A DNA stretch of 64,000 nucleotides, taken from positions 7,936,001 to 8,000,000 of the forward strand of contig OU015567.1 of the NCBI GenBank assembly GCA_907165135.1, written 5' to 3'. Below, in pieces: positions 1 to 11,715 of the stretch. Source of the stretch: Oikopleura dioica. Taxonomy: Eukaryota; Animalia; Chordata. A program made the translations under genes and the position numbers. The notes beneath the pieces were generated by a model, which searched no databases, was not told the origin of the DNA, and worked only from the letters and a program-made list of their open reading frames with translations. The stretch's first letter is position 1. Every line of letters begins with the position of its first letter.

Positions 1-2
1 AC

Positions 3-467
3 AGTTGGTTTCTTCTTTCTACGAGCCTTTTTGAACTTCCGTTTTGACCGAGACTTTTCAAAGTCTTGGCTGTCCTCGGAATCATAGAAGTCCCTTTGCT
101 CTTGCTGCTGATACCGTCTCTGATTACGGGCGATTGTGTACTGACCATTCTCTTCATCGGACTCTTCTTCCTCCTCGCTAGATTTTTCTTCCTCATCTGA
201 GCTTGAAAACGCTCTTCTCTTTCGAGATTTTTTTGATGATCCTCTAGGAAGGGTTCTGTTGCATAATCCTGCAACCATTTTGGCTGTTTCGTCTTCCTCC
301 GTGTCATAGTCAGGGTAATTTTCCTCTTTTGTCTTAGGAGCTCGGACTCTAACGCGATTAGTTATTGGATTAATTTCCCAGTAAGAGCATATATTTTCCA
401 TCTGGGATAAGGAGAAAAAACATCCTCCATTAAGGGGGGCTTTACTTCCAGTATTTAACGTACTCAT
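3..467 (-). CDS. Hypothetical acidic/basic low-complexity protein, runs off the left edge (partial)
   Basis: ATG at 467 opens a stop-free frame to the window edge: MSTLNTGSKAPLNGGCFFSLSQMENICSYWEINP...SSSDEEEKSSEEEEESDEEN...KRKFKKARRKKKPT. Missing from the ORF track because no stop falls in the window. Confidence 0.55.
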   Translation of the reverse strand, partial: MSTLNTGSKAPLNGGCFFSLSQMENICSYWEINPITNRVRVRAPKTKEENYPDYDTEEDETAKMVAGLCNRTLPRGSSKKSRKRRAFSSSDEEEKSSEEEEESDEENGQYTIARNQRRYQQQEQRDFYDSEDSQDFEKSRSKRKFKKARRKKKPT

Positions 468-855
468 GAGAACTTAATATATTAGAATTGCTCAAACTCA
501 ATCTTGTAAAAATAGAATAAAAACAAAAATAAAAGAAATAAATTACCTGCGACATTACCTTTTTAAGTCTGAAAAAACTTTTTTCCGAGAGGTGTGATTT
601 CTCCAAAAGAGAAATGAATTATGAGAAACGCACTCAAGGTCAACATTTATAAACACGATGGAACAGCGCCACCTGACACATCATCTAAAACAACAGTATA
701 AATAAACGTGTCCGATCATTCTTGCTCAAAGTACGAAATGTTGAACCTTGAGAAAATAGAAAAAAATTGTTATCAACAATCGTCAGCATCAATAAAATAT
801 CTGGCAAAGAAATCATAGGAAGCAACGAATTCAAAGCTACCGGGAACAAATCACT

Positions 856-1585
856 ATGTCGACCATTATCACAAAGTTCTTACCAGATATACGATTTCAA
901 CATCCGTGCTCTCTATTTATAAGTGGAGCAACTGGGAGTGGCAAAAGTAACTTTGTAAAAAATTTAATAGAATGCGAAGGTATACGCGGAGAAATGACAG
1001 ATATATATTACTTCATGCCACGTCTCGAGACAATAAATATTCGACCACCTGCACACCAAGAATTATTTTTAATGGAAGGTCTGCCAACAAAAGAATGGGT
1101 AGATGACACGTTCAAAACTGAAGATAATAACAACGTGATTGTTGTAGACGATCAGTGGTCCCAAGCAGTAAATAGCCCGGTTATCGAGTACCTTCTCACA
1201 TATGGTCGTAGACATCTCCGGCTGACTCTAATCTTTATAAGTCAGAATTTCTACGAAAAATCGAAAATTTCCATCACCCTAAGGTAAATGATGACTTAAT
1301 TTTATATTTATTTTCTGAATTTTTAGGAATTGTATGACAATATTTATTCTATTTAAAAATAATACAGATACAGGCATAAATAAAACAGTCGCCACAAAGA
1401 CAGGCGAAGTGGAAGCGTACAACGCAGCTATGCGCCTTTTTAAAGAACGAAGAATCCCAACCTTCTACTACGTTATCCTGGTAAGAGACATAAATCACCC
1501 GGATCAACCACGTGTTATGACAAACTATTTCGGGGAGATCCCTGGACTTGGCGGCGCACCCTGGCTATTCGACGTTCAACAGTAG
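856..1585 (+). CDS. A32/FtsK-HerA family DNA packaging ATPase (Polinton/Maverick type), 2 exons, 228 aa
   Basis: Walker A GATGSGKS, Walker B VIVVDD, then RRHLRLTLIFISQN. A 43-nt GT-AG intron (1284-1326) joins ORFs 856 and 1334 in frame to give ITLR-NCMTIFILFKN, matching the family motif TISLN.xY/IVLFKNPRD. Confidence 0.85.
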
Positions 1586-1707
1586 TTACCTGCATTACAC
1601 ATTTCAAATAAATAAAAGAGTAAAAATTAAATGAAAGCAGTTTATTTTGATCTTTGGTGAGTAATCAGTTTCTAGAACGTTTGTTTTCTTTTTTTGTCGT
1701 GAATAGA

Positions 1708-2891
1708 TCAAGAAGAATTGTCTTCGCCAATGGCGGTGGATGAAGTAGCAGCCTGCTCGTTTTCTTCTTTCCTAAAACCATAAGATAAGAATTCGAGATC
1801 GAGAATAAGAATAAATGAGATATCGCAAAATTTGATAAATTACGACTAGATCCTAGCGGTGTGTAAAATATGTAACTTTCGTAACTTACTTCTCACTTTC
1901 CAAAATGATTTTCTGCTCCTCTTGATATCTTCTCACAAGATTGAAGATGGCATAATCGAAGTCTTCTGGTTGATGCAGTTGCGGACGAAGCGCATGGCGA
2001 GAGAATCCCAAAAACCGCTAAAAAATTATTAAACAAAAAACAAGCGACAGATTACATTTTGATCATCGTTGATTATTTCACGTTCCAAGCAGATAGTTTC
2101 AATACGATGCGCAAAACGAACAAACGAGCTTATCGGTCCAAAGTAGTTCGAGAACGCGTAGGTACGAAAGAATTTTCGTGCAAGTTGTCTGAGAATCAGC
2201 AATCGAGTGTCGCACATCTGGACCAAGTCGTAGTCTTCCTTTTTTAGTCCAGCGATTCTTACCAAAGATACAACGCGCCTGTTTATTTTGTCCGTGTCAG
2301 CTTGATTGTCTTTCTGATACTCCGGATTTCGCTCGAGCAGACTTCTAGCAAAGACTTCCCCGTAAAAGAGGTACACAGAAGTCATCGTAAAAGCATCATC
2401 GCGAAGCAATGTGAAATTAAAAAAGATGTCATCCAGATAAGGATAGACGACCTTTTGGTAATCACATGTAAAACTATAGGACTTGTCAGCAGTCTTCACA
2501 CGCAAATAGGTAAAGCGGCGATAAATAACCATCGGTTCATATGACAGAGTCCCGTATGAACATCCATCAACAGCGTGATGAGAAACAGAAGGTCGTCGGC
2601 GGACTATAATATATAAATAACTTTGTTTTGAACTTTGGTATTACCGTATTCTTCGCACAGGTTAATAACAATTCGAGGATGGAAGGTGTTAGTTTCCCTG
2701 TCGTACTCCTGGAATAAATGGAATCCAAAACTCATCTTTCGTTTAGCAAAAGCCTCCTTGTTCAGAATTTCAGGAACCGGGAAATTGGAATCATTTTCGT
2801 CCCAGCCATCAAAAATGTTCGCTCTAGGTAAAACAACAGGGAACTTCACTTTACACAATTCAGAAAGAGTTTCTTCGAAGATCAACACCAT
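1708..2891 (-). CDS. Orphan protein, 4 exons, about 328 aa (viral-element gene)
   Basis: GT-AG introns 2644-2604 (41 nt), 2055-2018 (38 nt) and 1889-1772 (118 nt) join ORFs 2604..2891 and 2029..2532 plus two further exons in frame. Ends ...TAIGEDNSS*. Confidence 0.6.
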
Positions 2892-3076
2892 CTCGAAAAA
2901 CTCTGACGACTAACCACCGAAAGCTACAAACCAAGACTACCAAAAACTCCAACCGACTCTTGACCGCCTCACACAACAACTTCAAACCGAAAAGGAAATA
3001 ATAACAAATCAGGGATACAGGAAATATTTTTTTTATTTTGTTGCAGCTAAAAAGCGCAAAGAAAGTTGCTTCTGCT

Positions 3077-3945
3077 TTAGTTGCTTTCGGTAGACCAATT
3101 TCGCCCAGCAAGCGTGAAGGAGCGATTCGACGGAGTGGTGAATTCTAGTCGCCATCTCTGATTGCAAATATCGCTCCAAAGATCGTGGTATCGCGCATCG
3201 ATCTCCCGCTCTTTCACCTGTAAGTAGCCCTTGAGCTGGAGCTGCTCCTCTCTCGTCAATTTTTGTTTGAGGAGATTGTAGATAGCAGCGGGAGAGGGAT
3301 CGTTCGCTTGGGTAGAGGGGTCGATTGGGTACGACCCAGCGAAATCGACGACTTAAAATAATAAGAAACCAGATAGAAAACTAAAACTTACATTCGCGAG
3401 CGGGAGAACGGGGCTCCTGTTGGTCGGGGACAGCCGTTTCCTCACCAGAGTTGGGACGAGGAGGAAGATCTGGATACACCTGCGGGGCTGGGAGGCCACT
3501 TGGTCCAGCTTCTTCAGGAAGACGGAGCTGAGGGTCGGAGTTTCGAGATGGACCCCTAACGCGGAAGTGATTAGGAGGGCAATCGGTGTCCATTGGAGCA
3601 GAAGCTATCGGGGACAAAGGTGTCGGCTGCGGCTCCGGCTGCTGAACAGGGGAGCTGGGAGCGAGATCGTTAGTCGCTTCCGGGGCAGCGTCTCCTGATC
3701 GACGATTCTTGGAAGAAAAGCCGAATTTGGTGATCAGTTTTTTCTTGCCGCGTGGGAGTTCTTCGCTTTCAGATGCGGACGAATTGGATGCATCAACAGA
3801 ATGCAGAGCCAGTTTCGCCTGGAGTAAGTGCGCTTCCGCGCGAGAGATCGCAGAAGCGAGAGCGGATCGTTTGCTGGCGGATCGGGTGATTCGCTAACAT
3901 CAATTATTAATTTGAAAAAAATCTAATACGGGTACTTACAGTCAT
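3077..3945 (-). CDS. Orphan protein with Pro/Ser-rich N-terminal half, at least 3 exons (viral-element gene)
   Basis: ATG ACT at 3945, intron 3939-3894 (46 nt), exon RITRSASKRSARASAISRAEAHLL...ARE, intron 3391-3352 (40 nt), exon FVDFAGSYPIDP...LKQKLTREEQLQLKGYLQ. The 3' end is uncertain. Confidence 0.5.
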
Positions 3946-4464
3946 CGGGAAAGTCGAAAAAAAGTCGAAACGTCCTTCTTCTAAAGCTTGCAGAGAGCAA
4001 CTGATTACTTTTTGCAATTTCGGCCTGATAACGACAACAATTCTAGAGAAAAATCGTGTTTTTGACTTGGAATTTCTTTGTTTTGATCTTTGCAAAACAT
4101 GTTCTAGAGACGAAATAAAGCATAAAAAACACCATTTTAACCATTTTTACGCTTTCTTTTCGCAATAAAATTGAATCTACTGGATAAAAAATTTTCCTTT
4201 TTTGGGAGTAGGTCGAGACCTAGATAAACAAACTTCAAACGCAATTCAAATAAATTCCGACGGTGGAAAAATCTTTTACGGATGTTTATGTACCCGAGAA
4301 GGGGTATTTACTAACGAAACCATCAGGAAAAAACAACTAAATCTGCTGAGTAGAGTTCCACGTAGCAACTGATTGTTGTGATAACTTTGAAAAAGGAAAT
4401 GATCTTGACCGATTAAATCAAAAGAAACAAATCAGAAGGACACAGAATTCTTTTTTTGATTGCA

Positions 4465-5187
4465 ATGGAAGTACAAAGTCAGAGAAAAGAACAAGATGTC
4501 AAGCAAGAAAACGAAGTGGTACAACACCCCCGGGATAAAATCAAAGCTTCAAGAAAAACTTACAAAGTAATGTATGAGAAACTCCTTGATCAGCTGCTTA
4601 GGACACAACCAGGAAGATTCCACTCACACTGCAACGGTCTACTTTGGGCTATCGGTAACAATGAAGACGGAGCTCCAAAGTACAGTGCAAATCGGCTCAA
4701 GTCAATCATGGAAAAATCACCAGACGTGGATTACGACCATAATCTCCGAAAAGAAATTGAAGCTGGTGCTGAACGGAACAATAGTGAAGATTTTGTTATT
4801 GACCACACTCTCTTTGATTATTATGCTAGGTATGAGGACAGCGACTTCAACGTGCTCTACATCAGACGAACCGCCAAGGGAGGCGAACAACCATTTCCCG
4901 ATTATGACAAACGCGACAATTCCGACGACTCAGACGACAATTTCTTCGAATCAGATGACGACATCAGTGAAGACAGTGACAGGACCGTATCTGTGCGAAT
5001 CGGAGAGCCAGATGAAAGTGAATCAAGCTGCAGCTGTATCAACTTATTACTCGAGGGGAATGACACCAACAGTGAGTACTCAGACGAGAGCACAGACGAC
5101 GACAGCAGGGATGGGTCATATGATGAGAGACTTGCAAAGGAAGAGACAGATGCGGATGCAACGGCTAAAGCGACTAAAGGTGCTTGA
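4465..5187 (+). CDS. Orphan protein with acidic C-terminal half (viral-element gene)
   Basis: ORF 4456..5187 with first ATG at 4465. Globular-looking N-terminal part followed by D/E/S-rich tail. Divergent from the gene starting at 3945. Confidence 0.5.
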   Translation: MEVQSQRKEQDVKQENEVVQHPRDKIKASRKTYKVMYEKLLDQLLRTQPGRFHSHCNGLLWAIGNNEDGAPKYSANRLKSIMEKSPDVDYDHNLRKEIEAGAERNNSEDFVIDHTLFDYYARYEDSDFNVLYIRRTAKGGEQPFPDYDKRDNSDDSDDNFFESDDDISEDSDRTVSVRIGEPDESESSCSCINLLLEGNDTNSEYSDESTDDDSRDGSYDERLAKEETDADATAKATKGA

Positions 5188-5936
5188 ACGACGATTTAAA
5201 ACAACACAATTGATACGACATATTATTGCAAACAGAAAAGTGCGTAACCTGCGACCCTTTACATATACTGAACTAAAGTACGTTTTTTCCCAGTGTATCG
5301 AGGAATAAATGTGCATTGAAATTGATTTGTTTGGTTGTCTATTATTATTGCTTGATTATATTGGCAGAATAATTACAGTATTGATTACGTAACAGTAGTT
5401 GCAGTTGTCATCATTGTCTGCAGTAGATGTTCGGATCTGAAAGTTATGTGAGGATATGTTTTGTAGTTTGGAATGGTTACCTTGTTTGAACTCTGATGTT
5501 TGCTCTTCTGGTCTTCCTTGTCAAGGTCACTGCTGTTCCAAGTGGGGGATAACGTCTTCACTGTCGTTGTGTCCATTGTTATGATTATGTCGAGTGTTTA
5601 CTCATCTGAAGGTCATTGTTATGATTAGTGAGACCATTGTTATTGTATGTGAGGAAATGAGCGCTAGAATGAAGCCGGAAGTTGATTGGTGTAGGTTGTT
5701 TACCTTTGATTGGCTCTAGAATAATACCGGAAATGACACGCCGCCCTAATCACTGAGGGAAAGTTGTTTGTTTAGACTGGAGCAGTTGTTTACCTTTTGG
5801 TGGAGAAACAGGAAGTGACCTCGATGTACACCGCCGCCCTAATGGTTCAGGATTGGTCCAATTTCGAACTTCGCGCACACCCGTTTTAGCCATTCACAGA
5901 GAACCACAACCCCTCGACAGACAGCCACTCTATATA

Positions 5937-6153
5937 CCGCGATTGGCATTTCTGACTGACTGATTCTGATTTTCGAGGGAAATAGCTAATCAACCAATTA
6001 AAATTTGACTCTAGTGTCTCTTCTTTTAGAGTTCCGTCAAACCAGTGACGCCTACGCAATCTACGTTACAAATCTCCTATGTTTTTTGCATGGAGAATTG
6101 TAACGTCAATGTGCATCTTTCAAAAATCAGTCAGTCAGGACTGCCAATCGCGG
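5937..6153. repeat. 217-bp fold-back unit with ~33-bp imperfect inverted ends (TA-flanked MITE or terminal hairpin of the viral element)
   Basis: CCGCGATTGGCATTTCTGACTGACTGATT at 5937 pairs with AATCAGTCAGTCAGGACTGCCAATCGCGG ending at 6153. TA flanks both sides. An internal inverted pair ACGTTACAAATCTCC / GGAGAATTGTAACGT lies at about 6064-6105. Confidence 0.7.
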
Positions 6154-6226
6154 TACTACTCCTCTGAGCGAGCTGCTATCGAGATGAAGGCTGGAGATAA
6201 GCGGATAAGGAGCTCTTGTCGGTAGA

Positions 6227-8667
6227 ATGAGCGCTGGTGGGGGAGAAAGGCGGATGGATCTTGGAGATTATGGAGGAGGAACAGTTTAAATACTTGATTG
6301 AACTCTTTATTGATTTTGTTATTGTGAAATGTGTTATTGAACTGACATGATCAGGACTGCTGACGGGAGGATCGTCAGGATCCGTAGCTGGCAGCTCGGC
6401 GCCCCCAATTTTTAACCGAGGGAAAAAGACATTCCGCGCTGACCAATTCTCCGATGACATCAGAGAAGGCTTCAGAAAGCTCAGGGAAAATGACTCCCTC
6501 AGTGACTGCATTCTCATTGCTCAGGAATTGAGGTCAACTCGAAGATAATCCTTTCTCTTGTTACTGAATTATGTTTGTTGACCTGAGAAATGAAAGGACG
6601 TGCAATTTCCCGTGCACAAGGCTCTTCTTGCTTCTGTTTCTGATTACTTTCGTGCCATGTTCTGCTCAGGGATGAAGGAAGCGACCTCGAACGTCGTCTC
6701 ATTGCAAGGAATTTGTCCAGAAGGGCTCAAGAAGATCATCGATTTCATCTACAGCGGGGAGGTGATGATTGGAATGGACGATGTCTGCGTCATCTTAGAC
6801 GCCGCTACTCACATGCAAATCAGTCACGTGGTCGCCTTTTGTACAGAGTTCCTTGTCGAGCAACTAACGATGAACAATTGCCTCGAAATCGGCAACATTG
6901 CCTCGCAGTTCAACTTGTCCGAAGTCGACGACTTCATCAATCGTTTTCTTCTTCAAAACTTTACATCTATCCCCGACTTGTGCAAGATCCCGTTCGAAAG
7001 GTTAAAGTTCCTCCTGGGTTCGAACGATCTCCAGGGAGTCAAGGAGCTCGACCTGTTTCACTACGCCAGGGTTTGGCTGAAAGGAGGTCTGCCGCAAGAA
7101 AATCGACTCTCCCGCGCAGGAGAACTCATGGAACAGATCAAATTCCCGCTCATCCAGCCTTCCAGCGACCTAAACGAGATCAAGGGTATGAAACCAATGA
7201 CCAGAAAATTTTCTAATAAAAATGTAGATGTCGATTTTATGAAAGAGTCAAAATGTATGCAGCTTTTGCTTGAAGCCACAATTTACCAAATGCTCCCAAA
7301 CATGCAGCCACTTCTTCAAACTTCACGAACCCAAATTCGCTCAAACTCGAATCACCTAATCGTCCTTGGCGGAGTGCTTCGTCAACAACTCTCTGTTTCC
7401 AATCAATTAAGGGCGTACGATGAAAACAAAAAGGTACAGTTGCGCTTATAAGTTACTATTGAGTCTTTTCTTCGAGAAAAATTAAAATATTTTTGTAGGA
7501 TTGGCTTCGATTGCGCGAAATGGATCATCCACGGTACCAACATGGAATCGCCGTGATTGGAAATTTCCTATTTGTCGTCGGCGGCCAGAGCAACTACGAT
7601 ACGAAGGGAAAGACTGCTGTTGATACTGTCTTCCGCTTCGATCCGCGGACGAATTCCTGGCGCGAAGTTGCAAGCCTCAACGAAAAACGGACATTTTTCC
7701 ACCTGTCCGCAATTGGGAGCAATTTATACGCAGTTGGTGGTAGAAACTCCGCTGGAGAACTGGCAACAGTCGAAAAGTACTCGCCGAAGGAAGACGAGGT
7801 AATTTAATCGAAAAATGAGGTATTTAAATCCCTTTTTTTCAGTGGAACTTCGTCTGTAAAATGAAAGAACCTCACTATGGCCACGCTGGAACAGTCTACG
7901 ATGGAAAAATGTACATTTCCGGTGGAATCACTCACGATTCTTTCCAAAAAGAGCTGCTTTGCTACGATCCGACAGTTGATGATTGGGAGACTAAAAATCC
8001 GATGACAGGTCCTAATCAGCTCATTTTTCTATAAATTTTCAACCCTTTTTCAGTCGTTCGGGGGCTTCATTGCATGACAACGCATCGTGACCGTCTGTAC
8101 GTTTTCGGCGGCAACCATTTTCGTGGCAGCTCTGGTAGGAGCTTTAATTTCGTTCTGGGAATCTAAGAATCCTGCTTATAGATTACGACGATGTCCTGGA
8201 GTGCGAGTATTATCTACCGCGAACGGACCAGTGGGTGAAAGTTGCGCCAATGCTGACTGGTCAATCAGATGTCGGAATCGCTGTTTATAATGATCGAATT
8301 TATGTCACTGGAGGCTACAGGTACGTTTTTGGAAGAAATAAAAGACAATATTTTTCAAATAGTTGGAATAATCGTTGCATGGTCGATATTGTTCAATGCT
8401 ACGATCCAGCAAAAGACAAGTGGGAGAACCGATTCGAGCTGCCAGAAGCTCTTGGTGGAATTCGAGCTTGTACTTTGGTGTTGAAGCATCCGTCGGACTA
8501 TACTGTCGTCAACGTCGAAAAAGAGATTTCAATGCTCGAGATCGGCAGTAATCATGGGTAAGAAAATGGAAAATCCTAGCTTTCAAAACTATTTTTTCAG
8601 CGCTCGATATGGCCTCCCGCCTGGAATGCCCAATAATGCGTCACTAGATTCTGCCCCGCCGCTTTAA
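6227..8667 (+). CDS. KLHL9/13: Kelch-like protein 9/13 orthologue (BTB-BACK-Kelch), multi-exon
   Basis: [22 protein letters not shown]. Diagnostic stretches [81 protein letters not shown]. The first exon is tentative. Confidence 0.93.
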
Positions 8668-9418
8668 AAACTAACTATATATTTATATCTATGCTGCATT
8701 ATTTTAACTACGCTCTTTTCTTTAAATTTGCACATTTAAAACTTTAAAGTTTCCTTATTTCTTTAATATTTGTTGTCCTCCTTTTCTGTCATTCTAAAAA
8801 ACAATCTGCTTCAGTAAGTCTGTTCTAGCCTGAGAAAAAAATCATCATCATCATTTTCTTCATGAACCAAAAATGATCGCTTTCTTTACTTTTTTTACTG
8901 AAAAAAGGTCGCTCTTGCTTTATCAATTATAAAATTTCTTTATATAAAGTAACGTCTGAATTTCAAATGAGTCTGATTCTGAGTTTGAGATTGAGTAGAA
9001 TCCCAAACAATGGTTGTTAGATTAGATTCCCCTTAACGAGGCTATAAAACGACGCCCACTTCTTTGAGAAGACACCAGACAAAACAGTCATTTCGTTGAA
9101 TAATTGTTCCATAAGAAGCTACAAGTAGGCCCATTCATTCCGTACAGAATAGCTATTTCATAAGGGAAATCGTATGTTCACGAGATTTCTTGCCGTCGGC
9201 CAGAGCAGGAGCTAATATCGCTGCTCAATAACATCAAAAGAGAAGTTCAAAATCATATGATCGAGACTTTCAGCTCCGGGGGCTAGAAATGCTCATCATC
9301 GAAAAGAGTTAAACAAAGAACGAAACAACAGTCGTTAATTTTCAAGAGTGATCGAGTGATTATCGGAGAATAGAGCGAGACAAATAGAAAACAGAGAGAA
9401 AACGCGAATTTTGGCGCA

Positions 9419-11318
9419 ATGGAAGGAGACGCGCCAATTTCAAAAGCGCCGTCGTCAGATGATCCAGCTCCGCCAGCAACAGCCGCCAAAGATGAGGAAA
9501 TTGACAAGGGTGGCTGGTGGAGTAGCTGGACGCCTCTAGCGAAGACTATTACAGGTAATGGGAAATTTCAAGTAAATAAAAAACTGATTTGGATCTCCTC
9601 CAGAAATAAACAAGTGAACCTTCTGCCTTCCTTCTCAGATTCTAACAAATTAAAAGCTCTTTTTATTCAGATGTCAGTTCCAACCTGTCAAAAACTGTCT
9701 CCCAGGGATTGGAAATGGCAAACCAAGTCCTCGACAAAGAAATTGAAATCGAAATTGACGTGGATAAAATGGTCAATGCCACGAAAAACATTGCAAATCA
9801 AACCGTCCAAACTTCCAAGGTAATCCATTCTCAAGTCTTTGGCTAATGGGTTTTAGACTATTTACGAAAAATCGTCAGAACTGTCAAAAGTAGTTGCTCA
9901 AGATGTGACAGATTTAACAGGAGCACTTGTTGAAGATTCTGTCGAGACCTATTCTGCCTTTTCTGAAGCTACGAGGAGTACTATTGAACAGGTACAGTTC
10001 ATGATCTAACAAAGGTCATCCTAATCAACGAAAAATAACACTTTAATTTATTCAGTCCTCATCCTTATTTTGTCTCAACGGCATGGTAAGTCTTGAACAT
10101 GCTGCATGAGACTTCTAAAAGACCATTCATCCTTTATCATCATTTAACACTAGAATAATCTTCATACATGTCATCTCGTTTTTGAATTAGAAAATTCATT
10201 CATTTTGAACTTCAAGGTGAGCGGAACGAAAACTGCTGAAACCGCCAGTGCTATGAAAAATTCTGTATTTGGTGCCCTCAACGCTATTTCGTCTGCCATT
10301 CTCGCCGATAGCTCTGGTAATTTGACATTTTTTTTCTTCCTTGTCTAGTTTCTTCTTGCTAGATTCTGAATCCGAAGATGGAAAAACAAAATCAGCCCTC
10401 TCCGGTCCAGCCGCCCGTCTCGCCAACCTCCGTGTCAATCCAGCTACTTACTGTAACGAAGCAGAAGACATGGTGCACTTTCTCCAGTGGACGGAGAATT
10501 TTAACGTCGAGGGGCAAGAAATCAAGACTGAAATCTCCGACGTCATGGTCGAATGTCCCGAAGTTCGGGCGCTCTACTCCAAGTTGGTGCCAAGTGCAGT
10601 CGCTCATAATGACTTCTGGACGCGGTATTTCTACAAGTAAGTCTTTTATCATGCTTTTCTTTTTGTATTATGAAATTTAAGGCTTTCGCTGTTGGAAACA
10701 GCTGAAATGAAGAGATCGGCGCTGGTAGAACGCGCCACTACAGACGAAGAAGAAGACCTCGAGAGTTGGGGCGACTCGGACTCGGAAACTGACGAACCAG
10801 AGACTCAGGAGGAGTTGCCAACCGTTGAAGAAGCGAATAAACAGTTTGATGAGGAAAAATCTGAAAAGCCCGAAGCGAAGAAACCCGAAGAAAAGAAAGC
10901 TGAAGAAAAGAAACAAGAAGAAAATAAAGAATCAGAAGAGATCAAAACTCAAGAAACTTCAAGCAACAGCCAGAAAAGCGAGAAAAACACCGTTACCGAA
11001 GAATTGAAAGACGCTGCCAAGGAAGAGGAACCAGCTCCAGCAGCTGCGACTCGACAAGAGAGTCAAACACCTTTGAGCAATCCAGATTCGAAGGAATCGT
11101 GGACAGCAGTGGACAAAAGTGAATCCGACGATTGGGAGCGCGAGTTCGACCTGGAAATGACCGAAGAAGAGATCGAAAAAGCGCTGAAAAACGAGGTTAG
11201 CCCAATGAAAATACCGCTCAAGTTTTTAAAACTTTATTTCAAAAAGAATGAAACTTCCAAAAACGTAAAAGAAGATGACGACGATGGCGAGCTAGATGAC
11301 TGGTCGGATGACGAATGA
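9419..11318 (+). CDS. BSDC1: BSD domain-containing protein 1, multi-exon
   Basis: NPATYCNE...IKTEISDVMVECPEVRALYSKLVPSAVAHNDFWTRYFYK matches the BSDC1 BSD domain. N-terminal GGWWSSW, acidic tail with DDWEREFDLEMTEEEI. Confidence 0.88.
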
Positions 11319-11715
11319 GCTCACTACTGTATGAACAGTATCTCTACATAGTGTTAAGCAGAAAATCTCTTGTCTTCATTTTCCCTTTTTTCAAACAAAA
11401 AATGCAAAAACGAACCGATACAAAATATTTTTCTATAGACGTTCAACGGAAAAAATTCCAACTTTTACTTTCTCGATATTTTATTTCTGTCATTTTCCTG
11501 CTTATTTCTTTTGTTTTTCCTTTTTTCTTCAGCCATGCTTATCCCTCGCAGCTCAAACTTTCACCGTTTATTCTTTACAAAAAAATCATATAACAGGAAA
11601 ATATATAAAAGTATATTTGAAAACCGCGTCCTTTTCATTCCTCCAGATTCAACAAAAATAAGCATGAAACCATTCGAGTTCGATTCTAATTTTTTAAAAG
11701 CAAAGGTTTAAGAAA

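Larger units (their letters stand above)
1..6160. mobile_element. Right-hand part of a Maverick/Polinton-like endogenous viral element (left part outside window; right boundary tentative)
   Basis: Contains a Polinton-type packaging ATPase amid tightly packed divergent/convergent orphan genes with AATAAA signals. Ends in a fold-back region followed by ACTACT (6155-6160), the reverse complement of the AGTAGT terminus typical of many Mavericks. No pPolB, integrase, capsid or protease recognised in the window. Confidence 0.6.

Noticed and set aside
4574-5308. 244-aa Thr-rich ORF overlapping the acidic ORF in the +1 frame
   Set aside because: Runs of GAC/GAT/GAA codons read as Thr/Met/Lys without stops in the +1 frame. 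No evidence for dual coding, though the last ~40 aa could be a spliced exon.
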